The position numbers and the translations under genes were made by a program. A stretch of DNA of 48,959 nucleotides. Source: Acidimicrobiia bacterium. GTDB taxonomy: Bacteria > Actinomycetota > Acidimicrobiia > Spongiisociales > ZC4RG35. The stretch lies in NCBI GenBank assembly GCA_050050035.1, contig JASFVB010000001.1, positions 1-48,959 on the forward strand. Direction: 5' to 3'. Shown in pieces: positions 17,696 through 27,319 of this stretch (its first letter is position 1; the number at the start of each line of letters is the position of its first letter). The notes beneath the pieces were generated by a model. It was given only the letters and a program-made list of their open reading frames with translations, was not told where the DNA came from and made no database searches.

Positions 17696-19174
17696 CTAGG
17701 GGTTGGCGAATCTGGCGATGACTTCGGCGAAGCTCTCGATCGACCCCTCCTTCGCCACGTCGGGAAGGGAGACGATGGAGTGTCTGGCTCCGGAGTCCGA
17801 GTATGCGTGGAACAGCTCGACGAGATGGTCGACGGTGCCGGCATTGACACGGGTCATGTATTCCTCCGCGGAGGTGTTGCGATCACGCATGGCCTCGACG
17901 CGCCGGCGAAGGCTCGTGCTGTCCTCGGCGGCCATGGCGTTGGTGAGATGTGTGACAGTGATCTCTCGGGGATCGCGGTCGACATCGTCGCAATGACGCC
18001 GGAGCACTTCGACCTTGTGACGGACAGTGCCCGGGTCGCCGAAGAGGTTGCAGGCGTCGGCGTACTCGGCCACGAGTCGGAGCGTCTTCTTCTCACCCGA
18101 GCCCCCGACCATGATCGGGATCGGATCCTGGATCGGCCGTGGGTAGCAGACCAACTCCCTCGCCGAGAAGGTCTTCCCCTCGAACGCGGGTGAGCCCTTG
18201 CCCCACAACTCGGGCAACATCCGGAGGGTGTCCTCGAGCAGGTCGTATCGATCGGCGGCAGGGGGGAACTCGATCCCGTAGGCGGCGTGCTCGGCCTCGT
18301 CCCACGCCACGCCGAGGCCACAGATCGCCCGACCGCCGGAGAGCACGTCGAGGGTGGCGATCATCTTCCCCAGAACCACCGGATGCCGATGGGTGATTCC
18401 TGTCACCAATGCCCCCATTCGGATACTCGACGTCGTGCCGGCGACATAGCCGAGAGCGGTGTATGCCTCGGGGATGTCTTCCCATGGCCGCCCGACCGCG
18501 TGGATCTGCCGGAAATGGTCCATGAGCCAGATGTCGCGAAACCCGGCCTTCTCGGCACGCACGGCAATCGCGGCGAGACGCTCTCCAAGGTGTGCGGAGT
18601 CCCAGTCGAACCTGGAGACCAACAGCCCGAAGCCGTGAGACTCACTCCGTCGATCTGACGTCGCTGATCGCGTGGCCGCGGCGATGACCGGGGGCACGGC
18701 AGCAACTGGCTGTTGGGTGTGGACACCGTCGAACGCCTCGTCCTCGACCAGTCCGCGAATCTCGGCGAATCGCCTGATCTGACGATTGAGGACCGTCTTG
18801 GGGATGGGTCGGTCCCGAGAGGAGTTTCGCTCTGCACACATCGCCGGTGGGGTGTCGAACACGATGCAGTGAGCCGGGATGCCCGCATCGTGTGCCATGC
18901 GGACCCAGCGGGCGCGTGACTCGGCGTCGAAGCCGAGCGTGTCGACCACCGTCGTCATACCCCGTCCCAAACGCTCGGCCACGACGATCTCGAGGATCTG
19001 AAATGCCGCTGTGCCGGCTGTCTGGTCATCTTCGCCGGCTCCGACCACCGACCGCAGCGTGTCTGAGGACACCACCTCGGTGGGCTCGAAGTGCTCCGAC
19101 GCCCAGGTCGACTTTCCCGATCCGCTCGGCCCGACGAGCACGACCAGGCACGGGGCGGGAAGACGCAACTCCAT
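17696..19174 (-). CDS. fusion protein: N-terminal Pnkp-like P-loop kinase domain + C-terminal LLM-class (F420-type) oxidoreductase
   Basis: The P-loop GPSGSGKST (19106-19132) and TEVVSSD...TAAF...TVVD resemble the polynucleotide kinase domain. From about residue 175 onward the sequence is LLM-like (WLMDHF...GLGVAWDE). Confidence 0.8.
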   Translation of the reverse strand: MELRLPAPCLVVLVGPSGSGKSTWASEHFEPTEVVSSDTLRSVVGAGEDDQTAGTAAFQILEIVVAERLGRGMTTVVDTLGFDAESRARWVRMAHDAGIPAHCIVFDTPPAMCAERNSSRDRPIPKTVLNRQIRRFAEIRGLVEDEAFDGVHTQQPVAAVPPVIAAATRSATSDRRSESHGFGLLVSRFDWDSAHLGERLAAIAVRAEKAGFRDIWLMDHFRQIHAVGRPWEDIPEAYTALGYVAGTTSSIRMGALVTGITHRHPVVLGKMIATLDVLSGGRAICGLGVAWDEAEHAAYGIEFPPAADRYDLLEDTLRMLPELWGKGSPAFEGKTFSARELVCYPRPIQDPIPIMVGGSGEKKTLRLVAEYADACNLFGDPGTVRHKVEVLRRHCDDVDRDPREITVTHLTNAMAAEDSTSLRRRVEAMRDRNTSAEEYMTRVNAGTVDHLVELFHAYSDSGARHSIVSLPDVAKEGSIESFAEVIARFANP

Positions 19175-19213
19175 CGACGCTGTTCTAGCGGGTCAGCCGG
19201 TATCCTTGCCGAC

Positions 19214-20107
19214 GTGACAGACAGACCTTCCGCTCCGTTCGGGCTCCTGGCCACGGCCATGGTGACTCCATTCGACGCCGATGGAGTGGTAGATCACCAG
19301 AAGGCGTGGGACCTGGCCCGGCATCTCGCCGACCACGGCACCGACACGCTTGTCGTGGCGGGGACGACCGGTGAGTCCCCGACGCTCAGCGACATCGAGA
19401 AGCTGGCTCTGTTCAAGACAGTCGTCGACGCGGTGGCCGAGAAGAAGACGAAGGTCGTCGCCGGGACGGGTACCTACGACACCGCTCACTCGGTCGAGAT
19501 GACAGAGAAGGCGGGGGAGTCGGGTGTCGACGGTGTCCTGGCCGTCACCCCGTACTACAACAAGCCGTCTCAGGGAGGTCTGGTCGAGCACTTCAACGCC
19601 ATAGCCGATGTCGGTGTCCCCGTGATGCTCTACAACATCCCGGGGCGGACGAGTCGTCTCATCGAAGTGGAGACGCTGGCGGTCCTGGCGGCACATCCCA
19701 ATGTCGTGGCCGTCAAGGACGCCGTGATGGATCTCGAATTCACGTCGAAGTCGGTCAACCTGGCTCCGAGCCTCCCCGTCTACTCCGGCCAGGACAGTTT
19801 GACGCTGCCGATGCTGGCGGTTGGCGCCGTCGGAGTGGTGTCGGTGGTCTCTCATCTCGCCGGTCCCACCGTGAAGGCAATGCTGAAGGCTGCAGACGCC
19901 GGGGACTACACCGAGGCGCGACGGCTGCATCATCAGTTGTTGCCGCTCTGCTTCGCTTGCTTCCTCGAGCCCAACCCTGCACCGGTCAAAGGTGCGCTGA
20001 GCAGGATTTGGGAGCCTGTCGGCGACGTGAGGCTGCCTCTGGTGACGCCAAGTGAGGAGACGCTGACCGAGATCGAAAAAGCGATGGGGGCAATCTCCGC
20101 CCTGTGA
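19214..20107 (+). CDS. dapA: 4-hydroxy-tetrahydrodipicolinate synthase
   Basis: FGLLATAMVTPF...GTTGESPTLS...YNKP...YNIP are DapA motifs. The GTG 19214 start is chosen to avoid overlap with the divergent gene. Confidence 0.9.
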   Translation: MTDRPSAPFGLLATAMVTPFDADGVVDHQKAWDLARHLADHGTDTLVVAGTTGESPTLSDIEKLALFKTVVDAVAEKKTKVVAGTGTYDTAHSVEMTEKAGESGVDGVLAVTPYYNKPSQGGLVEHFNAIADVGVPVMLYNIPGRTSRLIEVETLAVLAAHPNVVAVKDAVMDLEFTSKSVNLAPSLPVYSGQDSLTLPMLAVGAVGVVSVVSHLAGPTVKAMLKAADAGDYTEARRLHHQLLPLCFACFLEPNPAPVKGALSRIWEPVGDVRLPLVTPSEETLTEIEKAMGAISAL

Positions 20108-21738
20108 GCATCTCCGTCACATTCCTGGGTGGGCTCGGCGAGATCGGACGCAACTGCGCCGCCCTCGAGGTGGATGGCAAGATCGCCCTGATCGATGTCG
20201 GTTTGATGTTCCCCGAGGAGGACATGCTCGGCGTCGATCTCGTCTTCCCTGACTGGTCGTGGTTGGTGGACAGGTCGGATGACGTCGAGCTGGCGCTCAT
20301 CACGCATGGGCACGAGGACCACATGGGCGCTCTCGCCTACTTCCTCCGTGACATCCAGATACCCGTGTACGGGTCGAAGCTGACCCTCGAGATGGCCGGT
20401 GCGCGGGTTGAGGAGCTTGGCGTCGAGTCCGACCTGCGGGTCGTCAGTCAGAAGAAGTGGATCGAACACGGGCCATTCAAGTTCATGCTCATCCCGGTGA
20501 GCCACTCTGTGCCAGAGGCGTCCGCGGTGGTCTTCGACACGCCGGAGGGGATGATCCTCCACTCCGGGGATTTCAAGCTCGACCCGACGCCGATCGATGG
20601 GCGTCCCACAGACCTGCCTGCCCTGGCGTCGCTGGGCAACCGTGGGGTGAGGCTTCTCCTCGCCGACTCGACCAATGCGGAGAAAGAAGGCTTCGAGCCA
20701 TCGGAGAGCTCGGTCGGCCAGCCGATCGCCGACGTGATCCGGGATGCACCGGGCAGGGTCATCGCCGCCTGCTTCTCCTCGCACGTCCACCGTGTCCAAC
20801 AGATCGCCGATGCAGGCATCGCGGCCGGGCGCAAGGTTGCCTTCTTTGGGCGCTCCATGCATCGCAACACGAGCATCGCCACCGATCTGGGGGTGCTCGA
20901 TCTCCCTGACGGCTCCGTGATCGACATCAAGGAGCTGGGCGATCTCCCCGACGCCAAGCAGCTGCTGATCACGACCGGGTCGCAGGGCGAGCCCTTTGCC
21001 GCTTTGTCACTCATGTCTCAGGGCCGGCACAAGTTCGTCGAGCTCGACGAGTCCGACACGGTGCTGATCTCGGCCAAGCCGATCCCCGGGAACGAGACAG
21101 CCGTCTCGAAGGTGATCTCCAACCTGATCAGACGTGGGGCAACGGTGGTGCACGGCAGGAACTCCCACGTCCACGTGTCGGGTCACGCTGCCCGCGAGGA
21201 GCTGTTGACTTTCCTCAACCTGGTGCGCCCGCGTGCGTTCGTCCCCGTCCACGGTGAGTATCGGCATCTGGCGGCCCACGCCGCTCTGGCAAGGAGCATG
21301 GGGATCAGCCAGGTCGACGTCCTCGAGGACGGTGATCGCGTGATCGTCGACGGCAAGAAGACGTTCGTGGAGCGTCGGGCGGTGCCTGCCGGATATGTCT
21401 ATCTCGACGGCTCCGCCGTCGGGGATGTTCAGTCGGCAGTGCTGCGTGACCGGTCGCATCTCGCCGATGACGGAGTGGTCGTCGTCACGGTGGGCATCGA
21501 CCACGACACCGGGGAGATCATCTACGGGCCCGACCTCGACAGTCACGGTGTGATGGACGACCCGAGCGCAGTGTTGGAGAAGGCGGCCGATGCGGTGCGG
21601 ACCGCGGTGGATGAGCATGAGACGGGCCGAACCGACCACGCCGAGTTGCAGAAGACGGTGCGTCAGGCCGCGGGCAAGGTGATTCGCGCCGAGACCGCCC
21701 GTCGTCCCGTCATCATCCCCGTCATCATGGAGGTCTGA
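20104..21738 (+). CDS. rnj: ribonuclease J
   Basis: Metallo-beta-lactamase motif ITHGHEDHMGAL and beta-CASP architecture. 544 aa. GTGA overlap with the dapA stop. dapA-rnj synteny is typical of Actinobacteria. Confidence 0.92.
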   Translation: MSISVTFLGGLGEIGRNCAALEVDGKIALIDVGLMFPEEDMLGVDLVFPDWSWLVDRSDDVELALITHGHEDHMGALAYFLRDIQIPVYGSKLTLEMAGARVEELGVESDLRVVSQKKWIEHGPFKFMLIPVSHSVPEASAVVFDTPEGMILHSGDFKLDPTPIDGRPTDLPALASLGNRGVRLLLADSTNAEKEGFEPSESSVGQPIADVIRDAPGRVIAACFSSHVHRVQQIADAGIAAGRKVAFFGRSMHRNTSIATDLGVLDLPDGSVIDIKELGDLPDAKQLLITTGSQGEPFAALSLMSQGRHKFVELDESDTVLISAKPIPGNETAVSKVISNLIRRGATVVHGRNSHVHVSGHAAREELLTFLNLVRPRAFVPVHGEYRHLAAHAALARSMGISQVDVLEDGDRVIVDGKKTFVERRAVPAGYVYLDGSAVGDVQSAVLRDRSHLADDGVVVVTVGIDHDTGEIIYGPDLDSHGVMDDPSAVLEKAADAVRTAVDEHETGRTDHAELQKTVRQAAGKVIRAETARRPVIIPVIMEV

Positions 21739-21768
21739 GCGTGCCGAGGCGAACTGCGAACCTCCGGT

Positions 21769-21794
21769 AGTTGGGCCCATATATGGGCCCAACT
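21769..21794. terminator. 26-nt perfect palindrome AGTTGGGCCCATA/TATGGGCCCAACT
   Basis: Lies in the convergent gap between rnj (+) and the nitroreductase gene (-). A 13-bp arm hairpin is possible on both strands. Confidence 0.55.
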
Positions 21795-21821
21795 GCCTCG
21801 AGAACGGGATCACATGCCGGA

Positions 21822-21846
21822 TGCAGTTTCATTGCATGAAACTGCA
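21822..21846. terminator. hairpin TGCAGTTTCAT-tgc-ATGAAACTGCA
   Basis: 11-bp perfect stem with a 3-nt loop, in the same convergent gap and closest to the nitroreductase stop. Confidence 0.5.
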
Positions 21847-21866
21847 CCCGTGATGGCCTCACACCA

Positions 21867-22532
21867 TCACACCTCGACCATCACCTCGTCGAGCGGTTTC
21901 CGCGTCAGATCGGGGACCACGCAGTCGTCGGCCGGGTAGCCGATCGGGAACATGCAGAAGGGTCGCTCGGTCTCGGGACGTTTCAACAGCTTGGTGAGAA
22001 ACGCCATCGGCGAAGGCGTATGCGTCAGGGTCGCCAGCCCCATGTGATGCAGTGCGGCGATGAACAGACCAGCGGAAATCCCGCACGACTCCTTCACATA
22101 GAAATGGTGTCGTTTCGATCCATCGGCATTGAGCCCATAACGCTGCTCGAACAGCACCACGATCCATGGTGCCACCTCGAGAAACTCCTTGTGCCAGTCG
22201 GTTCCTAGTGGCTCGAGGGCCTCACGCCAGTGCTCCGGCAGCCTCCCGCCCTCGTAGTTGATTCTCTCCTCTTCCTCGGCGGCCTCGCGGATCTGACGCT
22301 TCACCTCGAGGTCCCCCGTGAGCACGAACGTCCACGGTTGCCGATGGGCACCCGACGGAGCCGTCGAGGCGGTGCGGATTGCCTGCTCGACGAGGTGCCG
22401 GGGGACCGGCTCGTCGGAGAACATCCGCACGGACCGTCGCCGGTTCATCTCCTCGTAGAAGGTGTCGGCGCGGTCGTGCTGCTCCTCGGGCCGCAGTCGA
22501 ACCGTCTCGTAGGGGATGGTTGGCGCAGACAT
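21867..22532 (-). CDS. nitroreductase family protein (iodotyrosine-deiodinase/BluB-like subgroup)
   Basis: RRSVRMFSDEPVP...TASTAPSGAHRQPW is a typical FMN nitroreductase fold pattern. The start is trimmed to ATG 22532. Confidence 0.8.
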   Translation of the reverse strand: MSAPTIPYETVRLRPEEQHDRADTFYEEMNRRRSVRMFSDEPVPRHLVEQAIRTASTAPSGAHRQPWTFVLTGDLEVKRQIREAAEEEERINYEGGRLPEHWREALEPLGTDWHKEFLEVAPWIVVLFEQRYGLNADGSKRHHFYVKESCGISAGLFIAALHHMGLATLTHTPSPMAFLTKLLKRPETERPFCMFPIGYPADDCVVPDLTRKPLDEVMVEV

Positions 22533-22549
22533 GCGCCGAACGTACCCGT

Positions 22550-23374
22550 TCAGCGTTTCCTGAGCTTCCAGACCTGCTCGGAAGGGAAGTCTCGGGCCCA
22601 CTCCGGGTCCTGACCGAAAGCCTTCTCCTGGTTCGGGTCGGGATTGCGGATCTCGACGAACCGAACCACGTCGAACCCGACATCGTCGAACAGACTCATC
22701 CACTCCGAGATCGGGAGGTTGAACTCGGTCCCGGCCTCACCATCCGGCTCCTCCCAGTTGATGCGATGCATCCCGAAGTACGGGTAGCGGAGGGTTCGGT
22801 CCGTGACCTCCGCTTCATCGCGGGGAACGACGAGATGGAGGAACGGGTGGTTCCCCAGGAATACGAGGTCTCCGCCCGACACGAGGAGGCGGTGGGCCTC
22901 GGGGATCCATTTGTACGGATCGGCCCAGATTGCCGCACCGTATTCGCTGATGGCGAAGTCGAACGAAGAGTCGGGATAGGGAACGTCTTCCGCATTTCCG
23001 TGGATGAGCTCGATCTCGACCTCGTGCTCGAACGCCAGACGTCTCGCGGTTTCCAACTGTTTCTCAGAGAGGTCGATGCCGGCCACTCGAGCGCCCCGGC
23101 GAGCCATCCACGCCGAGACGTAGGCTGTCCCACATCCGAGCTCGATGGCCCGCATCCCGGTCATGTCATCGGGTATCAGCTTCAGCTCGGACTCAGGGAC
23201 ATGCCAGATGCCCCAGTCGTTGGGCTCCAGGATTGCCCAGGCCCGCTCGCCCATTGCAACCCAGCTAGAAGCGTCCTCGTCCCACAGGGTCTGGTTCTTG
23301 ACGATGTAGTCGGGGTGATCGGTCACGAATTCACCGTAATGAGTTCCCACGCTGGGTAGTGTTGTGTCCCACAT
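22550..23374 (-). CDS. class I SAM-dependent methyltransferase
   Basis: Motif I AIELGCGTAYVS, then GIDLS. ATG 23374 is preferred over the TTG at 23425. Confidence 0.75.
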   Translation of the reverse strand: MWDTTLPSVGTHYGEFVTDHPDYIVKNQTLWDEDASSWVAMGERAWAILEPNDWGIWHVPESELKLIPDDMTGMRAIELGCGTAYVSAWMARRGARVAGIDLSEKQLETARRLAFEHEVEIELIHGNAEDVPYPDSSFDFAISEYGAAIWADPYKWIPEAHRLLVSGGDLVFLGNHPFLHLVVPRDEAEVTDRTLRYPYFGMHRINWEEPDGEAGTEFNLPISEWMSLFDDVGFDVVRFVEIRNPDPNQEKAFGQDPEWARDFPSEQVWKLRKR

Positions 23375-25643
23375 GCCATCCCGGACATCCACCCGCAAGG
23401 GCTCCGGGCGGAGACGGGTGTCCAAGAAACCGAAGTCAAAGACTCAAAAGACCACGTTCACGCAGAAGCTGGCTGCGGTCCGTGACTGGGTCAGGAACAC
23501 CCTGGGCAGACAGACCGATGACGTGTGGGGTCTCATCCTCGTGGTCCTCTCGCTACTCGTCGTTCTCGCCTTCTTCGATCTCGCCGGCCCCGTGGGCGAA
23601 GGCTTCGAGTCTGGCTCCCGCTTCTTGTTCGGCGTCTGGCGGTTTGCGGTGCCGGTCGCCCTGGCCGGCATAGGCATCGCCCTCATCGTCGGCAAGCCCC
23701 GCGATGGGGCGCGACGTCTCGTGGTCGGTGGGGTGACCACATTCATCGGGACCCTCGCTCTCTTCCACCTGCTCACCGGGGCGATCGCCTTCCGCACCAG
23801 TGTCGACATGGTCTCCGAGCGAGGTGGGGCCGTCGGATCACTCATCGCCTTCCCATTGCGCCGTGTTCTCGGCCATTGGGGTGCGTTCGTCGTGCTGGCG
23901 GCGTCGATCGGCATGGGGGTCTTGATCATGACCCGCACGTCTGTGCGCGAGTTGTTCTCCGGATTGGCCGAGCTCGCTCGTCGCGTTCGCAGGATGACCA
24001 GCCAATTGTTCGGCGCGGGGCGTGGCGAGCGTGTTCAGCAACGAGTTGCATCCCCTCCGGTGGTCCCCAAGCCGCGTGGCAAGCACGCCAAGCCGTCAGA
24101 ACCCAAGCCGCCGAAGACGAAGAAGGCCGCAGCGAAGAAGCCGAGCCAACCCCCGGTCGAGGTCACCGTCGATCTCAGTGACGGTGACTATCAGTTGCCC
24201 CCGCTCTCCCTTCTCGACGGTGGCACCGGTGGGGAGGTCAACAAGAAGTACCTCGAGGAGACCGCCCGCCAGTTGGAGGACACGCTGCTCCAACACGGCG
24301 TCGATGCCACTCTCACCAAGATCGTCCCCGGGCCGACCGTCACCCGCTACGAGATAGAGCTCGCCCCCGGCGTGAAGGTGAACCGGGTGTCCAACCTCTC
24401 CCACGACATCGCATATGCGCTGGCCACTCCGGATGTGCGTCTCCTCGTGCCGATACCCGGCAAGTCGGCGATCGGTGTCGAGGTCCCCAACACCAAGAGG
24501 CGACTGGTGTCCCTGGGTGACATCCTCGGAAGTGCCGAGGCGACCCGCCCGGCTCACCCGCTGACGGTTGGCCTGGGCATGGACATCTCCGGCCAGCCCC
24601 GGCTGCTGAACCTGTCCGAGCTGCCCCACGTGCTCATCGCGGGGGCGACCGGCGCCGGCAAATCCTCCTGCATCAACTCGATCGTGACGTCACTTCTGAT
24701 GCGCACCCATCCCGATGACGTTCGGCTGATCATGGTCGACCCCAAACGTGTCGAGCTGGGCCAGTACAACGGCGTGCCCCACCTGCTGACCCGGGTCATC
24801 ACCAGCCCGAAGAAGGCAAACGAGGCGCTGAAATGGGCCGTGGCGGAGATGGACCGCCGCTACGACCTGCTCGCGGACGCCAAGGTCCGTGACATAGAGG
24901 GATACCGGGCCAAGCTCGCAGCCGGTGATCTCGACCCCGAAGGGTTCGACAGGTTCCCGTACATCGTGGTCCTGATCGACGAGCTGAACGATCTGATGAT
25001 GGTCGCCGGGCGTGAGGTCGAAGAGTCGATCGTCCGCATCGCCCAGATGGCACGAGCCGTCGGCATTCACCTGGTGATAGCCACGCAGCGACCGTCGGTC
25101 GACGTCATCACGGGCGTCATCAAGGCCAACGTTCCGAGCAGGCTCGCGTTCAGTGTTGCCTCACAGACCGACAGCCGCGTGGTCATCGACGGAGCGGGTG
25201 CCGAGAAGCTCGTCGGGATGGGGGACATGTTGGTGGTGACCGCCAAAGAGCCGCGACCCCAGCGGATCCAGGGTGCCTGGGTTCGGGAGCCAGAAGTGCA
25301 CGCCGTCGTCGAGTGGGTCAAGAAGCAACGTGAGGTCCGATACCAGGACAAAGAGGTCCTCGAGGCCGCTGCGGCCGCGGCAGCGGCGCAAGCCCAGGAC
25401 GAAGACGACGAGGACGCAGCGCTCATCCGTCAGGCCATGGACCTGGTCGTGAGGTCACAACTCGGGTCGACATCGATGCTGCAACGCAAGCTCCGGATCG
25501 GGTTCGCCCGGGCGGGCCGTGTCATGGACTCGCTGGAACGGATGGGCGTGGTCGGCCCCTCGGTGGGCAGCAAGGCACGCGACGTCCTCATGACCGTCGA
25601 GGAGCTGGAAGAGGCCATGGAGGCGGAGACCGCCTCAGTCTGA
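23364..25643 (+). CDS. ftsK: DNA translocase FtsK
   Basis: N-terminal TM helices, a Pro/Lys linker, the motor domain with Walker A GATGAGKS, and the C-terminal gamma domain (MLQRKLRIGFARAGRVMD). The start is uncertain (GTG 23364, ATG 23373 or GTG 23418). Confidence 0.92.
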   Translation: MSHMPSRTSTRKGSGRRRVSKKPKSKTQKTTFTQKLAAVRDWVRNTLGRQTDDVWGLILVVLSLLVVLAFFDLAGPVGEGFESGSRFLFGVWRFAVPVALAGIGIALIVGKPRDGARRLVVGGVTTFIGTLALFHLLTGAIAFRTSVDMVSERGGAVGSLIAFPLRRVLGHWGAFVVLAASIGMGVLIMTRTSVRELFSGLAELARRVRRMTSQLFGAGRGERVQQRVASPPVVPKPRGKHAKPSEPKPPKTKKAAAKKPSQPPVEVTVDLSDGDYQLPPLSLLDGGTGGEVNKKYLEETARQLEDTLLQHGVDATLTKIVPGPTVTRYEIELAPGVKVNRVSNLSHDIAYALATPDVRLLVPIPGKSAIGVEVPNTKRRLVSLGDILGSAEATRPAHPLTVGLGMDISGQPRLLNLSELPHVLIAGATGAGKSSCINSIVTSLLMRTHPDDVRLIMVDPKRVELGQYNGVPHLLTRVITSPKKANEALKWAVAEMDRRYDLLADAKVRDIEGYRAKLAAGDLDPEGFDRFPYIVVLIDELNDLMMVAGREVEESIVRIAQMARAVGIHLVIATQRPSVDVITGVIKANVPSRLAFSVASQTDSRVVIDGAGAEKLVGMGDMLVVTAKEPRPQRIQGAWVREPEVHAVVEWVKKQREVRYQDKEVLEAAAAAAAAQAQDEDDEDAALIRQAMDLVVRSQLGSTSMLQRKLRIGFARAGRVMDSLERMGVVGPSVGSKARDVLMTVEELEEAMEAETASV

Positions 25644-25678
25644 CGGCAAGACCAGGCCCCAGCGAATACCGTGGTCTC

Positions 25679-27280
25679 GTGAAGTGGCGCCCTCTCCTCG
25701 TGCTGGGCCTGGCCCAGTTCCTCATGGTCCTCGACCAGGCAGTCATGAACGTGTCGATCTCCCAACTCGTCGAGGACTTCGACACCACGGTGACCGTGAT
25801 CCAAGGAGTCATCACCTTCTACGCCCTGACCATGGCGGCGTTGATGATCACAGGGGGCAAGCTGGGGGACAAGTGGGGCCGTAGACGGACGTTCTGGGTG
25901 GGGCACCTCATCTACGGAGCCGGATCTGCCCTGACGGCCGCGTCCTGGAACGTCCCATCACTTCTCGTCGGCTGGTCGGTGCTGGAGGGGGTGGGGGCCG
26001 CGTTGGTCTTGCCGGCCCTGGTCGCACTCATCGCTGGCAGCTACCGGGGCGCCGACCGGGCCGTCGCATATGGCGTGATTGGTGGGGTGGCAGGGGCGGG
26101 GATTGCCGTCGGCCCCATACTGGGAGGCTGGGTGACCACCGAGTTCACCTGGAGGTATGTCTTCATCGGCGAAGTCGTTCTCGCAGTGCTGATAGTGGCC
26201 GCATCGGTCTGGTTGACAGAGGTCGAGGGGCCCAAGCCGCCTCCCAAGATCGACTGGGTCGGTGCGGCAGTGTCCTCGGTCGGCCTCGCCCTGATCGTCT
26301 TCGGGCTTCTCCAGGCCAGCACGTGGGGATGGATCGCCAACGCGGACTCGCCGGTCACCCCGTTCGGGCTGGCGCTCACGCCGTTCGTGGTCGCTGCCGG
26401 GCTCGTTCTTCTCGCCTGGTTCTTCCGCTGGTCTGAGCGACGAATGAGACGTGGTCAGGATCCGCTGTTCCGGCTGTCCATTCTCGAGATCCGCTCGGTG
26501 ATGGGCGGCCTCAAGATGATCATCGCCCAGGGGGTCATCCTCATGGGGGTCTTCTTTGCCATCCCCCTCTACCTCCAGGTCGTCCTCGGGCTCAACGCAC
26601 TCGACACCGGTCTGAGGATGCTCCCGGTCTCGGTCGCCATGTTCATCATGTCCTTTGTTGGCGCACGTATGAGCGCCCGGTTCTCCCCACGTCGGATCGT
26701 GAAGGTTGGGCTCTGGGTGCTCCTCGGTTCCGTGCTGGTGCTGGCCGGCACCATCCGACCCGAGTTGCGGGGAGTCGTATTCGGTCTGTCGATGGCCCTC
26801 CTCGGTGTCGGCATGGGTCTTCTCGCCTCGCAGCTGGGCAACGTGATCCAGTCGTCGGTGACCGAGGAAGACCGGTCGGAGGCCGGTGGTCTCCAGTACA
26901 CGGGCCAACAGCTCGGGAATGCGATGGGTACCGCGTTCATAGGCGCCATCGTGATCAGCGTCCTCGCTACCGCGTTCGTCGATCAGATTTCGGAGGATCC
27001 GCGGATATCCGACCAGGTCTCCACTGAGATCGGCACGGAGTTGAATGGGACCATCGAGTTCATCCCCCTGGCTCAGGTGGAAGACGCGATAGCCGACGCC
27101 GCACTGTCGACCGAAGAAGCCGATGCCATCCTCGAAGCCTACGAGGAGGGCCAGCTCCAGGCCCTGCGCATCGGTCTGGTGGTGTCTGCGATGATCGTGG
27201 TCGGTGGTCTCTTCCTCGTCCGGCAGATCCCCGACCTGTCTTTCGAGGAGCTGGACGAGTCAACTGCCGAGCGCGTATAA
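25679..27280 (+). CDS. MFS transporter, DHA2 (14-TM, EmrB/QacA-like) family
   Basis: 533 aa. LDQAVMNVS..., GKLGDKWGRR (motif A-like) and about 14 hydrophobic segments. Confidence 0.8.
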   Translation: MKWRPLLVLGLAQFLMVLDQAVMNVSISQLVEDFDTTVTVIQGVITFYALTMAALMITGGKLGDKWGRRRTFWVGHLIYGAGSALTAASWNVPSLLVGWSVLEGVGAALVLPALVALIAGSYRGADRAVAYGVIGGVAGAGIAVGPILGGWVTTEFTWRYVFIGEVVLAVLIVAASVWLTEVEGPKPPPKIDWVGAAVSSVGLALIVFGLLQASTWGWIANADSPVTPFGLALTPFVVAAGLVLLAWFFRWSERRMRRGQDPLFRLSILEIRSVMGGLKMIIAQGVILMGVFFAIPLYLQVVLGLNALDTGLRMLPVSVAMFIMSFVGARMSARFSPRRIVKVGLWVLLGSVLVLAGTIRPELRGVVFGLSMALLGVGMGLLASQLGNVIQSSVTEEDRSEAGGLQYTGQQLGNAMGTAFIGAIVISVLATAFVDQISEDPRISDQVSTEIGTELNGTIEFIPLAQVEDAIADAALSTEEADAILEAYEEGQLQALRIGLVVSAMIVVGGLFLVRQIPDLSFEELDESTAERV

Positions 27281-27319
27281 GCTCGCCGCGATTCGTCTGA
27301 TCACATCAAGGAGCTTCGC

